64,000 nt of DNA from Candidatus Obscuribacteraceae bacterium (GTDB taxonomy: Bacteria; Cyanobacteriota; Vampirovibrionia; Obscuribacterales; Obscuribacteraceae): the NCBI GenBank assembly GCA_044226015.1, contig JBGAHS010000008.1, forward strand, positions 64,001 through 128,000, written 5' to 3'. The notes beneath the pieces were generated by a model. The model was not told the DNA's origin, did not search any database, and saw only the letters and a list, made by a program, of their open reading frames with translations. This document shows positions 47,751 to 59,400 of this stretch, piece after piece (positions within the stretch are counted from its first letter, which is position 1; each line of letters opens with the position of its first letter). The translations under genes were made by a program, and so were the position numbers.

Positions 47751-48808
47751 CTACGCAAAGTTCCGGCCAAATTGTCGTCTGATGTTTTGGCGATTGTACC
47801 GGGTTGCGCGGAATTTCCTTGCGTATCCTTTCCAGGAATTCGAAAGGAGAAAATAGGATTTTTCAATCTCAAAATCAGAAGGAATCCTACAGCACAGGTC
47901 AACAAAGTCGCCCCAGCAAGAACAACGCTGGTAAACAGCATAGTGCGAAGCAAATTGTTTAACTCGCGAAGCTCATTTTTCAAATCAGTTATGGGCGCAG
48001 TGACCTTATTTACAGGCTCTTTTAGAGAGTCAATCTGGGTGCTCAAGCTTCCCAGCTGACTCTGAATCTGCCCAACTTGATCTTGCATGCCAGAAATCTG
48101 TCCGCCTACGTTGCCTACTTTGTTCTCTACATTTGTGAGGGGACCAAGTACATCAACCAGCGGCTTCTCCATTCGTTCTAACGGCACTTGCAACTTGATC
48201 ATTTGAGCGCTCATGTTTTTGATATCGCCGCGAACTTTGGTGACTTCGCGTATGTCTTTGTGCAGATCAATCACTTCCTGCAAGTCGTGATGAACACTGT
48301 TGAGGTCATCCGTTATGTGATAAATCTTTGGTAAATCACCCGACAATTTGTTGAGATTTTCGCTCAAACCGCCAAGATTGCTCTGCATGCCAGAGAGGTG
48401 GGTGTTGATTCCTCCCATCTTGTCCTCAAGCTTTTGGAAAGCTGGCTCTAAAGCATTCATTGGACGTTGCAATTCAACAATTTGGGTCTCAAGGTCCTGC
48501 GCTTCCTGACGAAGCTTCCAGACCGGACGCAACATCCGTTTAATAGGATGAAACCCTTTGATTGGCTGATTCCATTTTGCAATCTGCTCTGGGGTCGGCT
48601 GATAGGCATCACTGTGTTTAACGCTCACTGACCCGGTTTGAACTTTGGTCTGTGGTAGCGCTCCGCCAGCAACATTAGTGGAGTCTGCGCCGCCATCAGC
48701 TGCACAAGCGCCAGAAACTGACAATAAAAATGCCGTGCTCAATAAAAAACAGACTGGGTGCCGGTTCACATTCAACCTCTTTGACTTATAGTGCCCTGAA
48801 TATAACAT
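47747..48808 (-). CDS. Exported coiled-coil protein with C-terminal TM anchor
   Basis: Signal-like segment, about 190 aa of heptad pattern, and a hydrophobic helix near the C-terminus. Start uncertain. Confidence 0.7.
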   Translation of the reverse strand: MLYSGHYKSKRLNVNRHPVCFLLSTAFLLSVSGACAADGGADSTNVAGGALPQTKVQTGSVSVKHSDAYQPTPEQIAKWNQPIKGFHPIKRMLRPVWKLRQEAQDLETQIVELQRPMNALEPAFQKLEDKMGGINTHLSGMQSNLGGLSENLNKLSGDLPKIYHITDDLNSVHHDLQEVIDLHKDIREVTKVRGDIKNMSAQMIKLQVPLERMEKPLVDVLGPLTNVENKVGNVGGQISGMQDQVGQIQSQLGSLSTQIDSLKEPVNKVTAPITDLKNELRELNNLLRTMLFTSVVLAGATLLTCAVGFLLILRLKNPIFSFRIPGKDTQGNSAQPGTIAKTSDDNLAGTLRS

Positions 48809-48971
48809 AACGGCTAGATTCCATTATTTACGGTGCTCTAAAGTAGACAAATTCAACAGACGCCAAAACGGGCAAAATGTGGCATCACAAGCTTAACTTC
48901 ATCCAATCTTGAATAATAACACCTGACTGATAATCGCGCCAAGCGTGATAGTACGCAGATTATGAACAGCT

Positions 48972-50711
48972 TTAGGGAGACTCATTCGACCGTTCGAGAA
49001 CTAGAATTTCTTTATTAGCAAGGCTTAGCGGACTCCAATAACGTTTTCGGGTCAGAACCGAATACCCAGGAAACTCAGCATTTGAGACCAGGAAGCGATC
49101 GCCGCTAATCGGCCACCAGCGATAATCTTTCTGGGACACTCCCCCCCTTAATTCAGCGGGGAAGATGCCAATTCCGTATTGTTTGCCCAAGAGTTCCTTT
49201 GCAAATAGAGATGTATTACTACTGAGATTGAACTCAGGACCGCCGTCTATCTCTAAAGCAGAAACACCTGATTTCACAAGTCCTCTAATGAGAGACCATT
49301 TACACTGGTTGAAGGAAAAACAATCCCAGAGGGCAAGGCTCGAGTAAGCATACATTATTGCGAGCAGTCCAAAGCTGAGGTAATGCCTACGTTTTCCATG
49401 TCCAGAAAACCTCTGAGCGAAAGTGATTATGATTAACGCCGGAATCAAGAGACCGATGTTGTACCTGTCGAAATTGATCACACGAGATTGAACAATAAAG
49501 AATGCCAGACTGACAGAAAACAAACTCAAAACCGAACATATGAAGAGCGTTTTTGGCTTGACTGTCAGCCGCCGCAGTTCCTTCAAGAGTTGGATCAGGA
49601 CAAGTTGAATTGTCTGCCAAAACACAAAAGCGAAAGCGGTGCCAATGGCAATCAAACAAAGGGTTAGTTGAAACTGTTCGCTGCCCGTCCATCCTTTATG
49701 ACTATCTTGAAAAATACAGTATGATCCCACATAGGGTGGGAAGAAAATAGAAACACTATACGGAGCCCTATCTCCTTGAATAAGAGCCAGGCTCAAAGGG
49801 CTGCAGCAAAGGAAAAATGCACCTGCGGCGGCTACCATAGACAACGGAAGAAAACGCCTTTTTCCGAGGAGAGCAATCACCGCTGGCGGTATCAGGGCGA
49901 GTAAATAAAACCCCAAATAGGAAAAGGTCTTCGCTGCAGTAAGAACGATGTATCGGAAGGCGGCAAAACCACCGCTAAAGAGTTCAATGAATGACTCATG
50001 AAGCCTGTCTTTATATGCGATGGTAGGCAGCGGGTAGAGATTTTGACTTGTGGCAAATTGATCAGACCAATTGCAAATGAACAACGCAGGAATCAAAAGA
50101 AGAAAGGGAAGAAGCATCGCTTGCTTTCGCTTCAACACGAAAAACAAAATTGGCGGAATAAAACTGCTCACAAGGAAAATGGCGGTCTGGCGGCAAAGGA
50201 TCGCGCTAATGAGGGAAATCAGACTCAAAGTCATCAAGGACGCAGAACTTCGGTTTAACGCTTTCAACAAAAAGAGCAGACAAAGTGCAGAAAAGAAAAG
50301 CCATGGCAGATCAGTCATGTAGCAAATCGACAAGAAAACGACCATGGGATTAGTCCAGAAGATCGCGGCAGCGCAAACAGCCGTATGATGACGCAAGCCT
50401 AGATGACGAATGATAGAAAAAATAGTTAGCCCAGTACCCAGCGAGAAGGCTAACGAAAGCAAATGTAGAGGAACATAAGAAGGTCCCCAAACTAGGTTCG
50501 CCAGGGCACCTAAACTGAGTGGAATAAAACAAGTGGGCGTAGTAGCCATGAACTTGAATTCGCCTAAACGACGAAGGTGGTCGATGCTCCAGAAATAGTA
50601 CTCGTCATCTAGCAACGGAAAATCGGTTTGCAGCCCAAGAATAAATGCCGGCAACAGCGCTAAAAGAGCGACACAAATAAGCGGCAGTGAATAATTTCCT
50701 CGACTTTGCAT
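48972..50711 (-). CDS. GT-C-fold (PMT/ArnT-like) membrane glycosyltransferase
   Basis: DD motif in first loop (FPLLDDEYYF), YMTDLP, CRQ, DRY; more than 10 TM segments. Confidence 0.75.
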   Translation of the reverse strand: MQSRGNYSLPLICVALLALLPAFILGLQTDFPLLDDEYYFWSIDHLRRLGEFKFMATTPTCFIPLSLGALANLVWGPSYVPLHLLSLAFSLGTGLTIFSIIRHLGLRHHTAVCAAAIFWTNPMVVFLSICYMTDLPWLFFSALCLLFLLKALNRSSASLMTLSLISLISAILCRQTAIFLVSSFIPPILFFVLKRKQAMLLPFLLLIPALFICNWSDQFATSQNLYPLPTIAYKDRLHESFIELFSGGFAAFRYIVLTAAKTFSYLGFYLLALIPPAVIALLGKRRFLPLSMVAAAGAFFLCCSPLSLALIQGDRAPYSVSIFFPPYVGSYCIFQDSHKGWTGSEQFQLTLCLIAIGTAFAFVFWQTIQLVLIQLLKELRRLTVKPKTLFICSVLSLFSVSLAFFIVQSRVINFDRYNIGLLIPALIIITFAQRFSGHGKRRHYLSFGLLAIMYAYSSLALWDCFSFNQCKWSLIRGLVKSGVSALEIDGGPEFNLSSNTSLFAKELLGKQYGIGIFPAELRGGVSQKDYRWWPISGDRFLVSNAEFPGYSVLTRKRYWSPLSLANKEILVLERSNESP

Positions 50712-50999
50712 GAGGCTAGTTTATGTTCTAGCTCAGCGCAACAGTTTAGACGGTGCTTATCTAAGAATTTGAACAGTGCTTCCCAAACACAAAAATTCAA
50801 ATGAGGGTCAATCTCGACTTTATTTGAAAGTTCTCAACTGAATGAGTTTGGGGGGCTTGATCCCTGAAAACTGCTTTTTCAGGCAATCGAAGATTATTTA
50901 GCTTAGTTCATTTTTCTAAGCTGAAGACTAGATAATCAAACTGTGACCCGCTTTCGAAGCTGTCATGAGATAATTTTCCCGTTGTATAAGGAAGTTCGA

Positions 51000-52805
51000 A
51001 TGACAGTCGGGTCAACCGTTACACAAGTAAAAGCGATATCTCCAATAAGGGAAGTTCGCAACCCGGTACTCCAAATGCTCACAGCCCCCGCGGCACCATT
51101 TGTGGTGACTGCGGTTTTCCTTGCAGTGCTAGCTATCTGGACCGCTCTAGATCATGCACTCCCCATGCATGATGCGGCCTGGCATAGCATTTACAGCAAC
51201 TCAGTGAAGCAATGGCTCAACCGACCCAGAGCCTGGTCATTAGCTACTCTCAACGCAATTTTATGCATGCAACCAAACTATCCGGCTGGCACCTGGTTCG
51301 TGAATGGATTCTTCAAGCTTTTCTTGGGCGACAGCTTGCTTGCCGAACATATCATTTTGGCGGCGCACCTGTGCATTTTGAACGCAGCCACCTGGACTAT
51401 GACACATGCACTCACGAAAGACAAAGCTAAGGCGACCTTATCAATCTTCTTTCTTGATTGCACTCCGCTAATTTTGTTTCTTCAGCACGTTTCCTTTATT
51501 GATCTTCCTCATACCGCATTTTTCGCGACCTTCTTCTGCGCGCTAACTTGCTGGTGGCAGAAACCGAATTGGGGTCGTGCCTTACTCTGCGGAATCAGTT
51601 TCGCGTTTTATTGTGCAAGCAAACAAATAGCTGTGTTTTACGGCGCTCCAATTTTAGCCGTAATGGCTCTATTACTGCTATCGCAGAGAAAATTTGCGGC
51701 GCTGGCGCAATTGGTTTCGATAGGAGTTTTTGGTGCGGCAGCTCTCGCCAGCTGGATAGTTCCCAATCACGCTGAGCTTGCAAAATATACGCAGAACAGG
51801 TCAAGTCTAGCTGCGCAGAGAATTGGATTCATTCCAGGACTGAGCCGAAACTTCGCAATGACAGCGAGTTCTCTTTTCCAGGGCTTCTCACCTCTGATGA
51901 GCATATTTTTGCTTTTCAATTTCTTCAATTTGAGACGCAAAGACATGAAGGAACTCTGGATACCAATACTTGGGGCTGTTTCTGGAATAGTCCTGGTCAA
52001 TTCTATAGCCTTCTTCAATTTGCCTGAAGCAAGATATTTCGGACCGGTAATGGTGCCGATGGCGATGTTACTCGCAAGCGCACTCGTCAATTCATTTAGT
52101 AGCAGCCCCGCTGAGAAATCTGCCTGCGAAGAGCCCTCCGGAAAGACTTCAGGCAAATCACTCAGCGTGGTCACATTAGCCAGCGCCATAAGCCTGTGCT
52201 TCATTCAAGCTCTAGTCTTTTGCTTTCAAAAAACTCCCGTCATTTTGTATGAAGGTCAGGAACCCACCAACAAGGTGAGTAACGTTTACAAATGGCTTGG
52301 CGTGCTGGACCCAATGATTAATACCAAGCTTTCCTTTGTGCCAAAAGGCGACCCCTGGAAGCAGGAATGGCTCTTCAATTTCATTGAGCAAGTGGAAGGC
52401 AAAGGTCGCCCAGTTTACTTGAGTGTGCTGGCAAACTCACCTGAGTTCAATCAAGGAACAATGGTCTGCATGGCGCATATGCGCAAGCCCTGTGTCTTCC
52501 CAACAAGCTGGCGTTGCACCATGCCTGACGTCAGCGACTCTTTCTCGTGCTCTGACAGCGAGCTGCACTTCATGCAATGGGTTGTGGAGAAAACTGGTCC
52601 TCAATACTGTAGGTGGTTTGACGAACGAAGCCGTCAGAACTATGAGGCAGTGCTGACAAAATTGAAGGACAAAGCGAACTTTACAGAGGCCGCAAGGCAG
52701 CAATTGCCAGATGGCACAGAGCTTGTTCTCTACCAAAACAATTACTGGAAGTTCAACAGAGCTTTGATAACTCCAGACCTGCTGAAAGCGACCCAAAAGA
52801 ACTAA
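51000..52805 (+). CDS. GT-C-fold (ArnT/GT39-like) membrane glycosyltransferase
   Basis: First-loop PMHDAAWH, YPAG, FIDLP, SKQ, ARYFGP; multi-TM with soluble C-terminal domain. Track start is 50943. Confidence 0.75.
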   Translation: MTVGSTVTQVKAISPIREVRNPVLQMLTAPAAPFVVTAVFLAVLAIWTALDHALPMHDAAWHSIYSNSVKQWLNRPRAWSLATLNAILCMQPNYPAGTWFVNGFFKLFLGDSLLAEHIILAAHLCILNAATWTMTHALTKDKAKATLSIFFLDCTPLILFLQHVSFIDLPHTAFFATFFCALTCWWQKPNWGRALLCGISFAFYCASKQIAVFYGAPILAVMALLLLSQRKFAALAQLVSIGVFGAAALASWIVPNHAELAKYTQNRSSLAAQRIGFIPGLSRNFAMTASSLFQGFSPLMSIFLLFNFFNLRRKDMKELWIPILGAVSGIVLVNSIAFFNLPEARYFGPVMVPMAMLLASALVNSFSSSPAEKSACEEPSGKTSGKSLSVVTLASAISLCFIQALVFCFQKTPVILYEGQEPTNKVSNVYKWLGVLDPMINTKLSFVPKGDPWKQEWLFNFIEQVEGKGRPVYLSVLANSPEFNQGTMVCMAHMRKPCVFPTSWRCTMPDVSDSFSCSDSELHFMQWVVEKTGPQYCRWFDERSRQNYEAVLTKLKDKANFTEAARQQLPDGTELVLYQNNYWKFNRALITPDLLKATQKN

Positions 52806-52836
52806 TACACTGACGGCAGATCTCGATTGGAACAAA

Positions 52837-55305
52837 ATGCACGATCAAACTTTGAGAATGAAAAACACAGGAGCGCATCATTCGCGCAGCGCTCCTGTGT
52901 TGCCAATGCCACAGCAAGAGCAGGACACAAAAACTCGTGATTGGATTTTGGCTGCACTGACGGTGGTGCTCGTCTGTGTAGCAGCATTTTGGAAAACGGT
53001 CTTCAAAGGCGCCAACCTCTCCATATCAAGCCATATGTACTTGCAAGACACAATCTTCAATGTGCTCTTGCCTTTGAAAGAACTCGACTGCATTTCAGAT
53101 TCGACACCTTATACACTGCTGATACCTTATCAACACCTTATTAGAACGGCACTCGAAGTACATCATAAGTTTCCTCTTTGGAATGACATGAATGCCTGTG
53201 GTCTCCCCCTGGTTGGAGACCTAATGACTTACATGTTCTCTCCATTTACACTCTTGTTTGCCTACTGCAATACTCACACCTACAGCCTTGTCCTTTGTGG
53301 GTATGTCATAGCAGGTGGACTGGGCACACTGCTGCTAGGCAAGCGCATCGGGCTATCCCCCCTGGCTGCGTGCTTCGCGGCACTCGCGTTTGCATTCAAT
53401 CCTCAACTGGCAAAATTTGCTGAGCTACCGAACCAACCATTTCTGGTGCCCTGGATTACCCTGGGAGTGTTGGTCTTCGGCGCAAGAAATTTCTGGTCAT
53501 CAGTTCTTGTGGGTCTCATTTGTGCCGCAGCACCATATGTGATGCATGCAGAATGTGCTTTTGCAGCAGTTGCCGGAGCCTGGGTCTTCTTATTCATCGA
53601 TTTGGTCTGCCAACGTGAGGGCTCATTCAAAAGCAAGAGCAAAGCTTATTTAACGTCATTGCTTGCGGCAAGCATCAGCGGATTTGCATTTGCTGCACCA
53701 TTGTTATTGCCATTTGCTGAATTTATGAAGAATACCGTTTGCTATAAAATGGCTGTTGATTGGTGCAAATTTATTCCATGGCAAGCACTGCTCTTCGACC
53801 TGGTTCACCCCTGTTGTTCTGCGGGAAGTTTTTTTGCTGGAATATTCCTCATTCCATTAATGGTTCTCGGTGCACTGAGCAAGGAAAAGCTTAGCCGCTG
53901 TCTTGTCATAGCAACAATATGCGCTTTCTGGGTGGTCGCAAGAATAGCACCGTTTGAACAGCTCTCACTGATTCGTCCATTTAACCTGTTTATGCCGATT
54001 TATGCGGCGCCATGCTTGTTGCTCGCAATGACGCTGCTTGCCGGCAAAGGCGTCTCATTCATAAAAGATAGCAATATCGCGCAGCGATTTGCGGCGCTCT
54101 TAACCTTAGCGCTTTGCGTCTGCGCACCTTACATATTTAACGCGATGAAACCTGACACTGCAAGCTGGCAGTTTGATGCGATAGCACCGCAGTTCTTTGC
54201 GCATGAAGCAAACCTCCAGAGCATCATCGCGTTCATTGCCGTGCTCGCACTTTTTGCACTCCCACGGCTGACAAGTTTAATTTCAACAATTCTGCCAAGA
54301 CATCCTTCAACTTCTCAATTAGTTTCGATAGCGATAATTGCTTTGAATCTCTGGTCGATTTCAGGCTCTTTCAAATCAGCGCTTCCTATTTTGAAGGCAT
54401 TCTCTTATCCAAAGACAGACGTAATCTCCTTCCTGCAAAAGCACGATGGGAGAGTCCTGGCTGTTGGAAATCATATGTTGCTTGCAAATACCAATGTCAT
54501 GTACGGAATAAAAGACTTCCGTGTCATCAATCCACTTCTGCCGAAGCGCTATACCGATTTTATGATGCAGTCGGGTGGTGTAAGACAGGGGCTCTCTGTC
54601 TTCGTTTGGGGTGCATGGAATCTGGGACCAGAATTGGATTTAGCATCAGTTAAATACATCATTGTTCAAGAACCCCACGTTGACTTAGCTCCATCACGTT
54701 TCAAACTGCTGGGTCGTTTTGAAGGACAAATGAAGGTATACGAAAACCTCCGCGCCCTTCCTGAAGCATTTCTGGCTTTCGATACAATTGATTCTTCATC
54801 ATTTGAAAATTCGCTGAAAACCATTCGCGACAAAAATTTTGACGCCTTCAGGCAGCTTATTGTAGAGGCTCCAGAAGAGAGCGAAAACGGCTCGTCAAAA
54901 GAGAGCACGGCGACGGCTGTCAGATCTTTCAAGTCAGGCATAAGTAAGGAACGCCCCCCTGAAATCAGCGCTATCTCTCAGCTCAATCGAGAATCGCCCG
55001 AGAAAGTTTTATTGAAATTCTCCTGCGACAAGCCTTGCTTTGCGGTACTCAACGATTCCTACTTCCCTGGTTGGACGGCAACACTTGATGGCAAGCCCAC
55101 GCAAATTTATCCCGTGAATGCGATGTTCAAAGGGGTGAAGGTGCAAGAAAAGGGCACGCATAAACTCTGCTTCGAATATCATTCGACTGCACTAGATACT
55201 GGGCTGCGAATAATGTTAGCGGGTATTGCTTCTTTGATTCTGCTGGGAATTGCTCAGCTCATCACTTTGCTTTGTATGGCAAAAAAGCGAAACGAAATCA
55301 GCTAG
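52837..55305 (+). CDS. YfhO-family membrane protein (predicted GT-C glycosyltransferase)
   Basis: PLWNDMNACGLPLVGD, LDLASVKYI, YENLRALPEAF, DSYFPGWTATLDGK, NAMFKGV, C-terminal TM. Confidence 0.85.
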   Translation: MHDQTLRMKNTGAHHSRSAPVLPMPQQEQDTKTRDWILAALTVVLVCVAAFWKTVFKGANLSISSHMYLQDTIFNVLLPLKELDCISDSTPYTLLIPYQHLIRTALEVHHKFPLWNDMNACGLPLVGDLMTYMFSPFTLLFAYCNTHTYSLVLCGYVIAGGLGTLLLGKRIGLSPLAACFAALAFAFNPQLAKFAELPNQPFLVPWITLGVLVFGARNFWSSVLVGLICAAAPYVMHAECAFAAVAGAWVFLFIDLVCQREGSFKSKSKAYLTSLLAASISGFAFAAPLLLPFAEFMKNTVCYKMAVDWCKFIPWQALLFDLVHPCCSAGSFFAGIFLIPLMVLGALSKEKLSRCLVIATICAFWVVARIAPFEQLSLIRPFNLFMPIYAAPCLLLAMTLLAGKGVSFIKDSNIAQRFAALLTLALCVCAPYIFNAMKPDTASWQFDAIAPQFFAHEANLQSIIAFIAVLALFALPRLTSLISTILPRHPSTSQLVSIAIIALNLWSISGSFKSALPILKAFSYPKTDVISFLQKHDGRVLAVGNHMLLANTNVMYGIKDFRVINPLLPKRYTDFMMQSGGVRQGLSVFVWGAWNLGPELDLASVKYIIVQEPHVDLAPSRFKLLGRFEGQMKVYENLRALPEAFLAFDTIDSSSFENSLKTIRDKNFDAFRQLIVEAPEESENGSSKESTATAVRSFKSGISKERPPEISAISQLNRESPEKVLLKFSCDKPCFAVLNDSYFPGWTATLDGKPTQIYPVNAMFKGVKVQEKGTHKLCFEYHSTALDTGLRIMLAGIASLILLGIAQLITLLCMAKKRNEIS

Positions 55306-55365
55306 AAAAGAGTTTTTTGTGCAACTGCTAGAATTTACAGCAAGCAAAGACAAAGTCGAAGGCTG

Positions 55366-56451
55366 ATGGCAGATTTACAAAACAACTCAAAGATTCGCTG
55401 GCTCTTTATCATCTGCCTGTCCTTATTTTTCACGAGCCTACTTGTTCTCGTGAAATTACCAGCAGCCCTAATGTTTGGTCCGATGATTGCTGGCATAGTG
55501 ATGGAAAGGCTATCCCTGGGTCCAAAATTACCGAAAGTGCTGTTTGGATTTTCACAAGCATCAATTGGTTGTTTGATTGCCAGAGCGATGACACCATCAA
55601 TAATGGCAAACCTGACAAGCCATTGGACTGAATTCATAATAATCACAGCTGCCACAGTGGGCATTAGCTGCATTCTCGGGTGGCAGGTAAGTCGCAGCAA
55701 ACTAATGCCCGGAAGCACGGCAGTCTGGGGTTTGCTACCAGGTGCCGCAAGTGCCATGATGATTTTGGCAGAAGAGTTCGGAGCAGACGCCCGGCTTGTT
55801 GCTTTCATGCAATACCTGCGCGTCGTGATAGTCGGCCTGACAGCCTCACTCATTACCCGTTTTTGGGTGCAAGGTTCCGCGCTTTCCAGTGCCTCGCAAG
55901 ACTGGTTTGCCCCATTTGAAATGCCAGGGTTTATCGCAAGCGTATCGATAATTCTCCTGGGCACAGCATTGGGTCCATCGATAAAACTCCCCGCCTCAAC
56001 ACTGGTTATACCGATGCTAATCGGTTGCCTATTACAAATGTTTGGCATCATTCAACTGGAACTACCTCTATGGTTTATGGCATCGGGTTACTGCTTCTTA
56101 GGCTGGTACATTGGCCTGCGGTTTACGAAAGAAACACTCAAGCACGCATTTCAAATATTGCCATTGACACTTGGCTTAATAGCCATCATGGTAGTGTTTG
56201 GAATGCTTCTGGCATGGAGTCTCGTTAGCTTCGCAGGGGTTGACCCTCTCAGCGCATATCTTGCTACCAGTCCTGGTGGCATGGATGCAGTAGCTATTAT
56301 TGCCTCTAGTGTTAATGTGAATATGCCTCTAATCATGTCAATGCAGATGGCACGATTTTTGATGGTGCTAGTTGTAGGACCACCCATATCGAAGTTTATA
56401 GTGACGAAACTTCTAGCACCGACAGAGAAAACCTCTATCGGAAGAAACTAG
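55366..56451 (+). CDS. AbrB-family membrane protein (E. coli AbrB type, duplicated TM repeat)
   Basis: PAALMFGPM, PGAASAM..A...GADARLVAFMQYLRV, YLATSPGGMD, MQMARF. Confidence 0.88.
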   Translation: MADLQNNSKIRWLFIICLSLFFTSLLVLVKLPAALMFGPMIAGIVMERLSLGPKLPKVLFGFSQASIGCLIARAMTPSIMANLTSHWTEFIIITAATVGISCILGWQVSRSKLMPGSTAVWGLLPGAASAMMILAEEFGADARLVAFMQYLRVVIVGLTASLITRFWVQGSALSSASQDWFAPFEMPGFIASVSIILLGTALGPSIKLPASTLVIPMLIGCLLQMFGIIQLELPLWFMASGYCFLGWYIGLRFTKETLKHAFQILPLTLGLIAIMVVFGMLLAWSLVSFAGVDPLSAYLATSPGGMDAVAIIASSVNVNMPLIMSMQMARFLMVLVVGPPISKFIVTKLLAPTEKTSIGRN

Positions 56452-56454
56452 CAT

Positions 56455-59400
56455 CTAGTCTTTTTTCTTTGAGCCAAAAGAAAGAAACAATCCGGCAATC
56501 ACAGCCCCGAAACCAATCAGCAGCCCAGCTATCATCAGCCTCCAATCAAGATTTGCAGGCTTGAACTCAAAAGAAACAAAATGGCGTCCGGAAGGAATAT
56601 AGACAGCCCGAAATGCATGATTTGCAGCAAAAATGTGAGAGGGTTTCGAATCAACCGTAACCTGCCATCCTGGGTAGAAGGTGTCAGTCAAAATCAAAAA
56701 TGACGGCTTCTCAGACAGAGCCAAAACAGAAACGACATTAGCAGATTTATCAAGAATACGAACAACATCGGTGCCCGAAGGAGCCCCCAGACTTACTTTG
56801 TTATCGGTAGATTGCTTCAAGAATTCAAATCCTGCGGTGAATCCATTTTGAACCGCACGCTTTTTGTCCGCTTCAGATACTTCCAATACGCAGCCGTTTT
56901 TCCAATCCTTTGCTGGTGACTTGATAGACTCAAACGATTCCTTAGCGTTGCCGACAAGGTCTGCCTCATGCACCAAATAGCAGTTAGCCTTTGCGGCCAG
57001 GTTTTCATAAAGTCGCAGTCCATCAGTCGACTCAAAAACTACATTGAACCGATCGGTCCGAGTTGGTTCAGCATCTGCATTGGAAACTGTATTTGAAACT
57101 ACATCTGACGTATTTGAAGCTGCACGATTAGGAGCGATTGACTCAGTCATATCCAGCTCAGCAAGAACAAGCTCACTCGCATCAGCAGCAGCAAAGCCAT
57201 GCCTTACTGAAAGAATCAGTTTGAGTGGAGACTCAGCAGATTTGGGAATCGAGACCGCAACGGGAATTTCATACACGTTATCTTTCAATTTTCTCGACAG
57301 GTCCTCAATCGGCTCGCGACGAGGATAGCTAGACCAAACCGTTGCGTTATTCGAGGCTTTAAGCAAGATCTGATAGTTGTATACACGTGACCCCATCTGA
57401 TGAATGGTCAGACAGACTTTTCCAGTTATTTGTCCGTGAGATTTGTTAACTCTCAAATCGGCGGAGTTTATTCTCAGGGCTGGCGCCAGTTTCCGAGCAT
57501 CTTTGAACTGAATTCGCTCTTCACCCGCAACAACTTGCTCTATGGCTGCTTGCGAGTCTGGCTTTAAGAACGGAAAGCTAGGCAGCAAAGCCAACTCTTG
57601 GTTTGCATTGGCAACAGCAAGTGGTTTCTTGCTCACTATGTATTTGATGCTCGCCAGGTCAAACAAATGATTCACTTCACGAGGACATTCAGCGATATTG
57701 CAGAACGCGTCACGTAGCCCCATCAAACGAGAATAATTAGCATAACGAGTAGGATGCAAGGGTGAAGTGGAACCGAAATTATCTAATCCGAAAACCATGT
57801 TTGCGCATGGAATAAATACATCATAAGAACTCGCAATTGTTCGGAATGGCGAATTCTCCTGAACTCTGGCTAACTCTTGAATGATTGCGGGTTTCTGATA
57901 CCAGCTAGCTTCCTGAACAGGCAAGAATTTGCTGGCGCAAACTTCAACTAAAATAGCATTGTTAATTGCAAGTGCAGCAACTAATCCAGTCTGCACTGCA
58001 CTCTTGGGTGACTTCAGCTTGAATATTGCAAAAACAATCGCAGCTGAGACAAACACAGAGAAAAGAGAAGCAAGCAAAACAGGCTTTTCAACTGAGGCAA
58101 GGTCATAAATGAAATCTGTCTTGTCACAGAGAAAATTGTTTACGAACGGAACTTGAAGAAGAAAAAAGGCGGACCCCAAAGCGAGCCAAACAGCATATGC
58201 AGCCTTTGTCCAAAAGCTGTTACAAACTTCTTTGAGCATGGGTTTTGAAGCAGGGCTTGAAAGGACATCCAGACTCAGTCCGGCGCTCAGCAGTGCCATG
58301 AGTATCAGTACCATCTGCGCATAAGTTGGCAGGAAATAGGAAAACGGTGCCATGGACAGAATGTTTTCTAGAGCACCTGGACGAGTAATAAACACGAAAG
58401 TCAAGGCTGCAACAATTGCCAACTCGCGTTGTTTCTTCCACAAGAAAAAGGCACCAACTGGAAGCAATATTGCAACAGCCGCACCCATATAACAGCCAGT
58501 ACCATCGTAAGGAGCGAAGGATTCGCTAACAAACGACCACAAGCTCACAAACGCGACCTTTTCGTCTTGGAACTTGTAAGACATACCATTCTTGACAAAT
58601 TCAACAAATGTGACGAGAAGTGGTGCGGCTACAAGCAGACTGACAGTAGCGCTTGAAAGGCAGAAAAGCGTTGCCATAGCAGCGCGTTTCTGCAGCGAGC
58701 CACTCCACATTGAATAAGCTCGCAATAACAACACGAGATAACCCACACTGGCTGCGCAAAAGAAGGTTTCAGGATGCATGTTGTACGCAAGCGCAGCTAC
58801 AAACAATGCAAACAGTGCAGGGCGATGAATCGACTTCTTACTTGTTGCCCACATCGCCATGAGAATTGACCAGGGATAAAAGCAGGCATTGTCGCAAAGT
58901 TCAAGCAGATTTAGAGAGCGACCGCAGAGCACAAATGCTTGGCCAATCATCAGAGAACTTATTCTTGAAAGACCGCAGAATCGAGCCAGCAAATAAGCCC
59001 CCAATGAGCCCAATACCAGCTTACTTAATATCGCCCAGTTATACAAAGCGGCGTTGTCTACAGGAAAATAAGTGTGAAAAAACGAGAATAGTAGTGTTTG
59101 AAAATCACCGATAAATGGTCGTCCTGCGCCGTTGAGTGGATTCCAGAGAGGAATTTCCGAACTACATTGTTTGTAGAATAACTCATTCGGTATGTGCAAG
59201 AGACTAGCACTCGGATCTTTCGTAATGAAGAAAGGTTCGGTACGAGCTGGATTTTGCAAGTAATCAATTTGTTGCAGAAGACCAATGCTTGATACGGTCT
59301 TACCTGACTGAAATGTGCCAGCGAAAGGAAACAAAACACATGCCAGCAGAACTAGTCCGCAAACGAAATCGAGAAGCAGTCCACGAATATCAAACAAAGG

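Noticed and set aside
55366..56451. Ammonia monooxygenase or AbrB DNA-binding regulator
   Set aside because: The sequence is the all-membrane E. coli AbrB type. Those labels are common misleading annotations, and no amoCAB context or DNA-binding domain is seen.
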